Shown piece after piece: positions 17,354 through 26,681 of a stretch of 64,000 nt of DNA. Source of the DNA: Candidatus Bathyarchaeia archaeon (GTDB lineage: Archaea; Thermoproteota; Bathyarchaeia; 40CM-2-53-6). How positions within the stretch are numbered: the stretch's first letter is position 1; the number at the start of each line of letters is the position of its first letter. Below the pieces are notes generated by a model. That model did not search any database, was not told the origin of the DNA, and worked only from the letters and a program-made list of their open reading frames with translations. The position numbers and the translations under genes were made by a program. The stretch covers positions 64,001-128,000 of the forward strand of contig JBEKVV010000003.1 in assembly GCA_049513715.1 (NCBI GenBank), read 5' to 3'.

Positions 17354-19294
17354 TCAGACTTTGAGATGTTGCGTAAAGAATTCCGTGATTCGATTGTAGC
17401 ACGTTACTCTGTTGTTGAATTTTATGACGTCGTGGCCTTCATCTTCAAAGACCAAGTAATCCACAGGTATGCCTCGAGACCGCAACCGTTCAACGACATC
17501 AGCGGTCTCTCTTTCGACGACGCGTGGGTCATTGCGGCCTTGAATCATGAGCATCGGGCACTTGACATGATCAATGTGCACGAAGGGAGAGCGCTCTAGG
17601 AGGAAATCTTTGTCCTTCTGGGGGTCACCAATACTCAAGACAAAGCTTGTGCGCCAGGTTGGAGGCAGCCGTTCCATGAAAGTAATCAGATTGTATGGTC
17701 CGAACATATCAACGCCAGCACTCCAGAGGTTCGGGAATCTTGAAACTAAGGTTAATGTCATGTATCCGCCGTAGGACCTGCCGATTACAGCTCGCTTGGT
17801 GGAGTCGATGCGGTTATCCTTTTCAAGTATCTTCAATCCCTCGACCTGGTCCAACGCGTCATTTCCTCCCCAGTCATGGTCAACCATCTTCATGAACTTC
17901 AACCCGTAGCCGGTGCTTCCTCGAACATTGGGTACGAAGACTGCGAAACCGTTCAGTGTTAGGTATTGGATGAGAGGCATAGAGAACCATGTGAAGTCAG
18001 GTTTCTCTTGGCCCTGAGGTCCTCCATGAACGTAGAGCACGAGCGGGTATGGTTCTTTCAGGCCAAGTGCCTTCGAGGGTAGGTAGAGGCGTGCGCTTAT
18101 CCGTAGGCCATCGAAGCTCTTGAAGCTGGCATCCTCGCCATGGGACAGGTATTTTTCGTCGATTCCTAGCACTCGTTCCGATGATAAGACCGAGTATTTC
18201 CTCTGCTTGGTGGCCCCTGGGTTGAAGAGGTAGAGCTGGGATGGACTTATGGCCTTCGTGAAGGAGAAGGCGTATCCAACCTTTCCCCTCTTTCTAGGTT
18301 CGATAACCCAAGGTTCGATTCCAAGTACGACACCATCCGATGTTGGTGGTTTCCCGACGATTGTCTCTTCAATAGTGAACCGAGGCTTCGAGCCGTCATG
18401 GTACGTTCCCTCGTAAATCCAAGAACAGCCGTCAATGTTGTATTGCAATAGATGTTGATTCCCTTGGACCTTGCGTACATCCACGAGTTCTCCGGCACCC
18501 TTGTGCTTGATTCCGCTTATAGGAACGGGCACGAGTCGAGAAGGATCATCAATTCGAAGATAGGCTAGTGAGCCATTATCGTGGAGCAGAGTGGTCGTGA
18601 ATAGAATGCCCCGCCCGCTCTCAGTGAAGTTGCATCTGGCTATTCCAGATGGAGCGTATTCCTTGTTCTCCTGCCGTTTGTCAATGGGTACGCCGAAGAA
18701 CAGCTCTCGTCTTTCTGTGCCCTCCTTCCAAAGGTATAGAACATTGTCAGCAGCCGTATATCCATCAATCAGAATCACCCGCGAGTGACCTTTGTTGGTT
18801 CCCGCGCAGTAGTTGCCATAGATACTAGTACCGAGCGATGTCTCCCCAAAGGTTTCCAACTCGACTTTGAGGCATTCTATGTCCGGGGTCTTCCTGTCGT
18901 CGCGGTAAAAGTATGCAATGCTTGCATCTCTGTCGTAATGTATGCAGGCAAGTTGCTGCTTCTGATATTTCTCTCCGAAAATCGATTGAGGAATTCCTCC
19001 TTGTAGGGGTATGAAGCAGGGTTGGTAGTTCTCGTCTCCATTGTTGTCTATCATCACCAGAATTCTTTCCAACTTAGGGAAGACGACGAAAGATTCCCCA
19101 ATCATCAAGTGCGGGTTCTGGAGCGCAATTCCTGAAGGCAACAAAGGCTCCGGGAGGCTTCCGTCCCTACTCATGCGATAGAGGCTGATAGCACCACTTG
19201 AATCGCTCAAGAAGTACAAATAATCGTCGACCAATTGTGGCGAAAGCAAACGCCTAGCCGACAGCAAGGATTCTAACGGAAACTTGCTAGTCAA
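17354..19294 (-). CDS. S9-family peptidase (acylaminoacyl/prolyl oligopeptidase)
   Basis: HGGP, GRSYGG, NDPRV, DEGH. Confidence 0.95.
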   Translation of the reverse strand: MTSKFPLESLLSARRLLSPQLVDDYLYFLSDSSGAISLYRMSRDGSLPEPLLPSGIALQNPHLMIGESFVVFPKLERILVMIDNNGDENYQPCFIPLQGGIPQSIFGEKYQKQQLACIHYDRDASIAYFYRDDRKTPDIECLKVELETFGETSLGTSIYGNYCAGTNKGHSRVILIDGYTAADNVLYLWKEGTERRELFFGVPIDKRQENKEYAPSGIARCNFTESGRGILFTTTLLHDNGSLAYLRIDDPSRLVPVPISGIKHKGAGELVDVRKVQGNQHLLQYNIDGCSWIYEGTYHDGSKPRFTIEETIVGKPPTSDGVVLGIEPWVIEPRKRGKVGYAFSFTKAISPSQLYLFNPGATKQRKYSVLSSERVLGIDEKYLSHGEDASFKSFDGLRISARLYLPSKALGLKEPYPLVLYVHGGPQGQEKPDFTWFSMPLIQYLTLNGFAVFVPNVRGSTGYGLKFMKMVDHDWGGNDALDQVEGLKILEKDNRIDSTKRAVIGRSYGGYMTLTLVSRFPNLWSAGVDMFGPYNLITFMERLPPTWRTSFVLSIGDPQKDKDFLLERSPFVHIDHVKCPMLMIQGRNDPRVVERETADVVERLRSRGIPVDYLVFEDEGHDVIKFNNRVTCYNRITEFFTQHLKV

Positions 19295-19414
19295 GGCATA
19301 TTCCTTCTCGATTTCCCACAGTGAACGCGCAGATGTTTACGCCTTTCTGAGTCTCAACGCCCCCTGTACACGGCAACAACCACGCCGAAAAACTCCGCTC
19401 GGTCTTCGCCTGCA

Positions 19415-19443
19415 GGGGGGTGTGCACACCGCCAGACCCAACA
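19415..19443 (-). repeat. Dyad site (degenerate)
   Basis: Minus: TGGGT-CTGG-CGGTGTG-CACACCCCCC. Confidence 0.6.
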
Positions 19444-19497
19444 GGCCATCACACACACTAACAACAAACAACAGAACACAAATTGCCGTTTGTTTCT

Positions 19498-19527
19498 TGT
19501 GTGAGCGCACCAATGGACTTACACACC
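19498..19527 (-). repeat. Dyad site overlapping GNAT stop codon
   Basis: Minus: GGTGTGTAAGT-CCAT-TGGTGCG-CTCACACA. Confidence 0.85.
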
Positions 19528-19980
19528 CAGGAACGGTTGGTGGAGATTCAAGTTGTAGAGGCGGCGGTCGCTTTGAAGGAAGCCTATGGAACGCCAGAAT
19601 ACTGGGGCCAACTCGTTGGTGGGCAATACTTCTAGACTGACCTGCTCAGTCTTCGTTGCTTTTGCCTCTGCGATGAGGCGGGCGGCGAGGGCATGGCCTA
19701 CACCCTTGCGGCGGGAATCCGGATTCACAAAGAAGTCTTGGATTATTAGCATTCTGCCGAACTCCGCAGAAGGCAGATAGAATGCGAACGCCACGCCAAC
19801 GATCACTGTCTTCTCCCGTGCCACCAGGATCAGCCCCGATGATTCATTCTGCAACAGTTGGTCTACAGCCCAAGCGATCTTCTCATGGTTAGGCCTCAGT
19901 CCTTCAGAAGCGTGGTAGGTTGCTATCATTTGCTCGACCTCACTTCGATCAGTAGGAGATGGTCTCTCGATGACGATCAT
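19519..19980 (-). CDS. GNAT family N-acetyltransferase
   Basis: FFVNPDSRRKGVG acetyl-CoA motif; N..A..FWRSIGF. Confidence 0.92.
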   Translation of the reverse strand: MIVIERPSPTDRSEVEQMIATYHASEGLRPNHEKIAWAVDQLLQNESSGLILVAREKTVIVGVAFAFYLPSAEFGRMLIIQDFFVNPDSRRKGVGHALAARLIAEAKATKTEQVSLEVLPTNELAPVFWRSIGFLQSDRRLYNLNLHQPFLGV

Positions 19981-20026
19981 GTGCTATGTCAGATTGTGAA
20001 AGGTCATCGGAACGGATTTAGTTTTT

Positions 20027-20058
20027 GTGTGTGTGGGTGTAGTGGTGCGCACACACAC
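20027..20058 (+). repeat. Complete (prototype) dyad site
   Basis: GTGTGTGTGGGT-GTAG-TGGTGCG-CACACACAC, 9-bp perfect outer inverted arms. Confidence 0.9.
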
Positions 20059-20066
20059 AAGAAAAC

Positions 20067-20119
20067 GCTTGAACTGACGGAGCAAATTACGATGCCCGCA
20101 CCATCAGTGCACATACACG
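20067..20119 (-). repeat. Dyad site plus linker
   Basis: Minus: CGTGTATGTGCA-CTGA-TGGTGCG-GGCATCGTA-ATTTGCTCCGTCAGTTCAAGC, near copy of 3141..3192. Confidence 0.88.
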
Positions 20120-20226
20120 AAAACCGGCGTCGTTCATGTAATTTTGTGCGTATCCAAATTCCAACAGAACCGTAAAGTACATTTGTGTGCGATCGTGATG
20201 CATTTTCGGAGTTGTGTGTTTGAGCA

Positions 20227-20862
20227 ATGGGGAATGAAGTACTGGATGCCATTATGCAGCGACGCAGTATCTATCAGTTCAAGCCTGAGGCAGTCCCTAT
20301 TGAGAAGATTACTTCCATTTTGGAGGCGGGTCGTTGGGCTCCGTCATATGCGAATAGTCAGCCATGGGAATTCATTACTGTAACTGATAGCAAATTGAAG
20401 GAGGAGGTTGTCGAGATAGCGAAGGAAACTATGGCTGCGCATGCAGGAATAGAAGGAGCGCACGCAATCATCGCAACATGTGTGGATCCCGAGAAAGATC
20501 AATACCACTTCATTGAAGACGGTGCTGTAGCAACACAGAACATGGCTCTGGCAGCACATAGCCTGGGGCTAGCGACCTATTGGGTCGGGATATTGAGTTC
20601 TACGAACGATAGGAAATCAGTCGAGCATAGAATCAAGGAGGTCCTGAACATACCTGAAAGGATGCGCTTGATTTCTTTGTTGCCCGTGGGTGTGCCTGCA
20701 TATAGTGTAGAGAAGCAAAGAAAGCGGTTGGAGCAGATTTGCCACATTGACAAGTATGGCAGCAGACCATCAGGTGTGGGAGTAGAGGATCAGGGCAACA
20801 AGACAGAGATGGAAGCACCGAGACATGGAATGAGAGCACAATTGCCCACCACACCAACTTGA
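20227..20862 (+). CDS. Nitroreductase family protein
   Basis: RRSIY.F, APSYANSQPW, QNMALAAHSLGL. Confidence 0.95.
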   Translation: MGNEVLDAIMQRRSIYQFKPEAVPIEKITSILEAGRWAPSYANSQPWEFITVTDSKLKEEVVEIAKETMAAHAGIEGAHAIIATCVDPEKDQYHFIEDGAVATQNMALAAHSLGLATYWVGILSSTNDRKSVEHRIKEVLNIPERMRLISLLPVGVPAYSVEKQRKRLEQICHIDKYGSRPSGVGVEDQGNKTEMEAPRHGMRAQLPTTPT

Positions 20863-21046
20863 TTGAGTGGATCATGAGCCAACGTCAGGAGAAGACTGGA
20901 CTTGGAACTTATTCTATGCAAGTCTAGCATTAAGGAGATTCATCGAAGACCTGAAGAAAGATAACAACTAGGTCCCTTCGAACGAGTGAGATCCGAAGCC
21001 TAGCAGACCTAGAGCCTGTATTAGAGGACGCGCATCCTTGGACAGT

Positions 21047-21249
21047 CTAAGAAGTCCTTTCCATCGTATTGACTGAAAGTTGGGTTCTTTGTTCTTTCCG
21101 GAATTGCCGAACATTCGACGCAACAAACCATGTCTCAATGGGCAGATTGAGAATGCTTACAAGCACGAGGGGAATTGCGATCCATACGAATCCTAGCCCC
21201 ACAAGTCCGAATCCTATAGGAAGCAAGACCGTTAGGTTTCCAGTCTCTT
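21047..21249 (-). pseudogene. 3' fragment of a membrane-protein gene cut at a dyad site
   Basis: Two TM-like segments plus charged tail; upstream frame runs into the site at 21250. Confidence 0.45.
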
Positions 21250-21280
21250 GGGGAGGGTACCAATGGTGCGCACCCACGAA
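21250..21280 (+). repeat. Dyad site
   Basis: GGGGAGGGTA-CCAA-TGGTGCG-CACCCACGAA. Confidence 0.82.
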
Positions 21281-21333
21281 CCCACTTCCAACACCTGGGT
21301 CGCGCTTGAACAACAGCTACATCAAATTGCGGA

Positions 21334-21915
21334 CTAAATCATTATGGCGGCCGCGATTGCTGTCGTCCACAGTCCGTCTTTGTTGCCTTCCACCGATTGG
21401 CAAATGCTTCTGGTAGTAACCCTCTTGCCAGATATGTTCCATATCTCTTGCTTGATGTCCCAGGCGTTGTCGACGTCAAACGGCACACCGTATGTCGACG
21501 CGAGCATTGATGCAGCCAGATCTTCCGCATAGTCACCAGCTCTCTCCTGAGTCTGACCGTACGACTTGTGTTCAGAAAGGTAACCATACAAGGTCCGGTC
21601 ATTCGGCATTGCCATTCCTACGGATGTAGCGATCAACCTATTGGGTTCATTTGTGTCGATGCGACTCATCACGCAGAACAGGATCTGACCAGGTTTCAAT
21701 AGCGCCAAGCCCTCGTTCTTGGACAACACCGTGCAGTTTGGAGGCAAGATACTTGACACGTAAACTAGGTTGCAGGAGGCGATTCCCGCGTCGCGAAGAG
21801 CTAATTCGAAACTCGCCAATCTTTCTTTGTGAGTACCCACACCTTTTGTGAGGAATATCTTCTCAGGTATGTGAGCGTTCATCTGAAATTCTGGTCCACA
21901 GTGTTTCTCAGACAT
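21334..21915 (-). CDS. pdaD: Pyruvoyl-dependent arginine decarboxylase
   Basis: SFELALRDAGI..NLVYVSSILP self-cleavage motif; GYLSEH. Confidence 0.95.
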   Translation of the reverse strand: MSEKHCGPEFQMNAHIPEKIFLTKGVGTHKERLASFELALRDAGIASCNLVYVSSILPPNCTVLSKNEGLALLKPGQILFCVMSRIDTNEPNRLIATSVGMAMPNDRTLYGYLSEHKSYGQTQERAGDYAEDLAASMLASTYGVPFDVDNAWDIKQEIWNISGKRVTTRSICQSVEGNKDGLWTTAIAAAIMI

Positions 21916-21967
21916 TCTTGAAGATTGTCATCGCCTATGATATGTCTCGCGCATTCAAGCAGTTTTC

Positions 21968-21996
21968 GTGTAGGTGCGCACCATTGATACCCCCCC
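21968..21996 (-). repeat. Dyad site
   Basis: Minus: GGGGGGGTA-TCAA-TGGTGCG-CACCTACAC. Confidence 0.85.
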
Positions 21997-22148
21997 AGAA
22001 CCACTAATACTCGAGAAGCAACGATGCCTTGGCGAGAATACACGGCGCCCACTTCTCACTTCTTTTTCCTACCTTTCATCCACGTGTGACGCGCTTTAGT
22101 TATTCGCGGAAATACTTCGAAAAGAAGCGATTGCCAGAGGTCGATTTT

Positions 22149-22187
22149 GTGTGTGGGTCCAGTGGTGCGGCCGCCGGGATTTGAACC
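22149..22187 (+). repeat. Dyad site formed by tRNA-Gly 3' end plus downstream flank
   Basis: GTGTGTGGGT-CCAG-TGGTGCG-N9-ATTTGAACC; TGGT is the tRNA ACCA end. Confidence 0.9.
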
Positions 22188-22290
22188 CGGGCGTCTCCTC
22201 GCCTTTTTGGGGCGATCAGAAGCGTGGCAGGCTTACGTCAGCAGACCAATGTCGCTGTTCCCGTCCTAGACCAGGCTAGACTACGGCCGC
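22163..22290 (-). tRNA. tRNA-Gly(GCC) with two non-canonical introns (29/30: 22258-22233; 45/46: 22216-22193)
   Basis: Acceptor GCGGCCG/CGGCCGC+ACCA, T-arm CCGGG-TTCAAAT-CCCGG, anticodon loop CTGCCAC; removal of two BHB-like introns gives a 78-nt cloverleaf. Confidence 0.92.
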
Positions 22291-22315
22291 TTCGAGCTAA
22301 ACTCAAACCTATTTC

Positions 22316-22327
22316 TCTATTTAAAGA
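22316..22327 (-). promoter_or_regulatory. TATA box of tRNA-Gly
   Basis: Minus CTTTAAATAG about 30 nt upstream of the tRNA 5' end. Confidence 0.65.
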
Positions 22328-22866
22328 AACTAAGTTCGAATTTCGCGCGAGCGACACAAACGCTGTGACAGAAATAATAGCCTTTCTAGGTGGCACGTAA
22401 ACCGTAATGTCATGCGGTCGGCTCGTCAACGACGCCCTCATCGGACAGCCACCCCGGATCCTCCCGCCTTTTCCTTCTCCGGTCCTCTTCTAGATGACGA
22501 CTATAGTTCTTGAAGGAATTTCGGCGGACAAATAATGAATTATCGGCAGACGAAATTCCAGCCTTCTTGGCCAAAGTTAAGGACCCCGGCGCCAAACCCC
22601 AAGGCCGCAAAAACGAATCTGCGTAGCTACTCAACCGGCAGTGACCAGAAAGAGCCTACGTATGATTGGATTCACTCTCCGGGAGCGTTGCTGTATTACT
22701 TCATCAGTTTGAAATATAGTACGTATGTTATGGGGCGGCCTATGCTCACGCCGTCCTAACTGACAGTGGGCTTTAAGGCCGAAAACTCAGAAGTTTAAGG
22801 CCGCGTACCGGTAAATCAAACAGTGAAGGAACCAAACCAACAAGCAGCACGGAGACTGTGAGTGAC

Positions 22867-25248
22867 ATGGAGCCATACGTGAAATCCTTTGCCAAAATTG
22901 GCATAGAGGACCTTCCAACGGTTGGGGGAAAGAACGCCTCCCTGGGAGAACTAACCAGGATAGGAATGCCCGTCCCATCAGGCTTTGCATTGACTGTGGA
23001 ATTTTACAGGGAATTCCTGAATGGGAACGGACTTAGGGACTATATCAGTGACCAGCTGGTAGGCCTGGACATCAATCACGTGGCACGCCTCCAGAAAACT
23101 GGCAAGAACATACGCGCGAAGATATTGTCGTCAGAGTTTCCATCACATTTGAAGGAAGAAATCAGGAAAAACTATGCTCATCTGGACAACGGCAAAGCCG
23201 TTCCGGTCGCTGTGAGGAGCAGCGCCACGGCTGAAGACTTAGCCGACGCATCATTCGCGGGCCAGCAGGATACTTACCTGAACATCGTAGGCGAGCAAAG
23301 AGTGCTTGACAGCGCAAAGAAGTGCATCGCATCCCTCTTTACCGACAGGGCGATCAGCTACAGGGAAAAGAGAGGGTTCGACCACCTTGACGTTGGCTTG
23401 AGCGTCGGAATCCAAAGAATGGTTAACAGCGAAGCGGCGGGCGTGATGTTCACCCTCGACCCCGACTCCGGTAATGAAAATGTCATGCTTATTGATTCAA
23501 GCTGGGGCTTGGGCGAGTCAGTCGTCAGTGGGAAGGTGATTCCGGACCAGTTCTTCATCTACAAGAAAAACGGAGAGATAGTTTCAACCAGATTGGGCCA
23601 GAAAGAGACCTACACAAAATACCACAGCGGCGGAACAGTATTCGCAAAGACACCGCCGAAGAAGCGAGCTCAGTTCTCTCTGAGCAGAGACCAGGTCAAA
23701 GCGATTGCTGAGCTGGGAAAGAAGATTGAGGAACATTACGGCAAAGCAATGGACATAGAGTGGGCCGTTGACGGAGACAACATCTACATTCTCCAAGCCC
23801 GACCCGAAACTGTACAATCGTCAAAGGGTAACTTGGAAGAAATCTACCACCTGAAAGGCGAGGGCAAGATTCTCGTCGAAGGGATTGCGGTTGGCGGAAA
23901 AATAGGCCAAGGCAAACCCATAGTCATGGCCGACGTAAGCGAGATGAAAAACTTTCAGCCGGGACAGGTTCTGGTCACTAGGGAGACGACGCCTGCCTGG
24001 ACGCCAATAATGGAAAAGTCCGCCGCCATCGTCACGGAGCAAGGGGGAACTACATCACACGCAGCCATAGTTTCAAGGGAACTAGGAAAACCATGCGTCG
24101 TGGGCGCTAGGCGAGTCACGCAATTGCTCAACAATCACAAGAACCCCATAACCGTCGACTGCAGCGCAGGCGTAGGCCGGATCTATGAAGGAGCGGTACC
24201 GTTCGAGATTGAAACCTTCGACCTTCGCACACTGCCAAGAACCCGAACTAAAGTCATGATGAACATGGCCGTGCCCGAGGGCGCGCTTGCACACGCCAAG
24301 AAAGCCGACGGAGTCGGACTGTTGAGGATTGAGTTCGTGTACGGAAGCAATGTTGGAATTCACCCAGGAGCCCTGCTCAACTACAAGACGCTAAAGAAGA
24401 ACCCGCGCAAATTCTTCCGCGCACGACCCACCGCCAGAGATCGACAGTACCTCAAACACGCCCTCGCAGAAATTGACATTAGGACACGCGGTTACGATGA
24501 CAAGCCACAGTTCTTGGTTGAGAAGTTGAGGGAGGGCCTAGCCATAGTGGCCGCCGCCGTAGACCCCAAGCCTGTCATAGTGAGATTTTCTGACTTCAAG
24601 TCTAACGAATACGCCGCCTTGGTTGGGGGGCAGATCTTCGAAAAAGGAGAGAACAATCCTATGCTGGGGTGGAGGGGCGCCTCAAGGTACCCACACGCAG
24701 ACTTCGCAGAAGCATTCAGGTTAGAGTGCCGCGCCCTAAGGGAAGCGAGGGAACTCGGGCTTCACAACATCATACCGATGATACCCTTCGTCAGAACGGT
24801 CGACGAGGCAAAGGCCGTACTGGAATTGATGAAAGCCGAAGGCCTGGAAAAGGGCAAGAACGGATTGCAAGTGTACATGATGGCTGAGATTCCTTCAAAC
24901 GTCTTCTTAGCAGACGAATTCGCCAAACTATTCGATGGCTTCAGTATTGGTTCCAATGACCTAGCATCCCTGATTCTAGGCGTCGACAGGGACAACGCGA
25001 AACTAGCGAAGACCACCTTCGATGAACGAAACCCAGCCGTCAAGATGGCCCTCGAACACCTGATCAAAACCGCTCACAAGAATGGCATCAAGATTGGAAT
25101 CTGTGGGCAGGCGCCCAGCGACTACCCTGAGATCGTTGAGTTCCTAGTAGAGAACGAAATAGACAGTATCTCATTGAATCAGGACGTTATCGGGAGAATG
25201 AAGCAAGTCGTCGCGAAAGAGGAACAGAAGCTCGGAAAGGCTCCTTAG
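22867..25248 (+). CDS. ppsA: Phosphoenolpyruvate synthase
   Basis: VGGKNASLGE, VRSSATAED, TSHAAIVSRELG, ENNPMLGWRG, SIGSND, CGQAPSD. Confidence 0.98.
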   Translation: MEPYVKSFAKIGIEDLPTVGGKNASLGELTRIGMPVPSGFALTVEFYREFLNGNGLRDYISDQLVGLDINHVARLQKTGKNIRAKILSSEFPSHLKEEIRKNYAHLDNGKAVPVAVRSSATAEDLADASFAGQQDTYLNIVGEQRVLDSAKKCIASLFTDRAISYREKRGFDHLDVGLSVGIQRMVNSEAAGVMFTLDPDSGNENVMLIDSSWGLGESVVSGKVIPDQFFIYKKNGEIVSTRLGQKETYTKYHSGGTVFAKTPPKKRAQFSLSRDQVKAIAELGKKIEEHYGKAMDIEWAVDGDNIYILQARPETVQSSKGNLEEIYHLKGEGKILVEGIAVGGKIGQGKPIVMADVSEMKNFQPGQVLVTRETTPAWTPIMEKSAAIVTEQGGTTSHAAIVSRELGKPCVVGARRVTQLLNNHKNPITVDCSAGVGRIYEGAVPFEIETFDLRTLPRTRTKVMMNMAVPEGALAHAKKADGVGLLRIEFVYGSNVGIHPGALLNYKTLKKNPRKFFRARPTARDRQYLKHALAEIDIRTRGYDDKPQFLVEKLREGLAIVAAAVDPKPVIVRFSDFKSNEYAALVGGQIFEKGENNPMLGWRGASRYPHADFAEAFRLECRALREARELGLHNIIPMIPFVRTVDEAKAVLELMKAEGLEKGKNGLQVYMMAEIPSNVFLADEFAKLFDGFSIGSNDLASLILGVDRDNAKLAKTTFDERNPAVKMALEHLIKTAHKNGIKIGICGQAPSDYPEIVEFLVENEIDSISLNQDVIGRMKQVVAKEEQKLGKAP

Positions 25249-25661
25249 GTCATACCCATCTTGGCGAGTTTCTGAAAGTCCGTCATGCTCTGGACAAGGT
25301 CTGTCTGGCTCACAATCCCAATTATCTTATCGTGCTCCGTGACGACTAACCGCTTGAGTTGCTTCTCAACCATCTTCCTAGCTGCGTCGATGAGGCTTGC
25401 GGAAGCGTCAATAGTAGCCAACGGCGCCGTCATAATCTCTTGAACAGTCAGTTTTGAGGGATCTGCACTCTGGGCCACAATCTTCTCCAACATGTCACGC
25501 TCGGTGACTATTCCAAAAGGGAGGCCGTCCCGGTTCGCAATCAAGGAGCCTATGTGCCGCTCCACCATCAAACGCGCGGCCTCCTTAGCCTTGGCCTTCG
25601 CGTCGATGGAGATTATCGTTCTCATAATCTGGCGAACTGTCGGTTCAACGCTCATGCTCAA
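25245..25661 (-). CDS. CBS-domain pair protein
   Basis: GIVTERD and GIVSQTD CBS motifs. Confidence 0.92.
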   Translation of the reverse strand: MSMSVEPTVRQIMRTIISIDAKAKAKEAARLMVERHIGSLIANRDGLPFGIVTERDMLEKIVAQSADPSKLTVQEIMTAPLATIDASASLIDAARKMVEKQLKRLVVTEHDKIIGIVSQTDLVQSMTDFQKLAKMGMT

Positions 25662-25717
25662 TCAACACCGGTAAACTGTTAGATTCGCATTAAAGGATTA
25701 CCTGCTAATCAACCTGC

Positions 25718-26479
25718 TCACCGCGCATATGCGCGGGGCGTCCGATCCTTCAGCACATTGTTCATAGGCGTGACTGATTTATCGCGGGCAAGCCTCAAGT
25801 CTACACTTCGTACGATGCATTCCTCTTTCGTTTTTGACGCTCGGTAGAGGATATCCCCCTTCGGGGTCACAATTTCGGACATTCCGATAAAGCGCAGCCC
25901 GCGCTCCGTGCCTACGCGGTCAGCCGTGACAGCGAAAACCTTGTTTTCCAGTGCCCGAATCTTCATCGACTCAGGGCAGTGAGGTAGGACAAGATTCGAA
26001 GGGTGGGCGATTAATTCCGCTCCTTTCAACATGAGGGTTCGAGTGGATTCTGGGAAATACCAGTCGAAACAAATCATTACTCCGATTCTGCCGAAGACTT
26101 TGAACTCGTTGCCGGGTTTAAAGAACTTCTTCTCATTCCAGAACAAATGCACCTTCCGAAACGTGCCTAAGTACTTGCCATCTTTGACGACGGCCGCTGA
26201 GTTGTAGAGGCTTTGGCCTTTTCGCTCTGCGATGCCAGCAACAATCGTACTTCCCTGTTCTTTGGATAGGCCCATCAGGGTTCGCGTGGTGTTACCCTCC
26301 GGTATCGGCTCTGCCACGCGTGCAGCGTCCTGACGGTTCCGGAAATTGTAGCCGGTGTTGAATAGTTCTGGAAGAACAAACAGATCTGCTCTCTTGTTGC
26401 CAATCAACCGCAGCGCCCGGTCAACGTTTCCCTCCACATCAAGGAGATTCGCATTGTTCTGCACAAACCCTACTCGCAT
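25718..26479 (-). CDS. Nitrilase/carbon-nitrogen hydrolase
   Basis: LPEL, RKVHLF, ICFDWYFPE (E-K-C triad). Confidence 0.95.
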   Translation of the reverse strand: MRVGFVQNNANLLDVEGNVDRALRLIGNKRADLFVLPELFNTGYNFRNRQDAARVAEPIPEGNTTRTLMGLSKEQGSTIVAGIAERKGQSLYNSAAVVKDGKYLGTFRKVHLFWNEKKFFKPGNEFKVFGRIGVMICFDWYFPESTRTLMLKGAELIAHPSNLVLPHCPESMKIRALENKVFAVTADRVGTERGLRFIGMSEIVTPKGDILYRASKTKEECIVRSVDLRLARDKSVTPMNNVLKDRTPRAYAR

Positions 26480-26681
26480 CCTTTTTGCCTTCTTTGTAGT
26501 GGTTGGATGTGTGGAATCCTGCTGAAGAACTCAGAGCATTTTGCATATTTACCTCTGCCTGAAGGCTCTCAAACGTCGGCAGTTTTCGTGGTCAGTGTCG
26601 GAGTGTGTGCAAAATGAAACTGGCCATATCTGATTCAGAGTAGCTAACCAAGTCAGGTGGCCCTGAGAGCTTCATCTATCT

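Noticed and set aside
19498..22187. Sites as classical integron attC
   Set aside because: No RYYYAAC...GTTRRRY ends, too short, orientation alternates, no intI in window
22410..22634. 74-aa ORF between tRNA-Gly and ppsA
   Set aside because: No motif or clear start signal; cannot be supported
26586..26620. Possible further site copies (also about 29515 and 53245)
   Set aside because: Core TGGTGCG too degenerate to call by eye; needs a PWM scan
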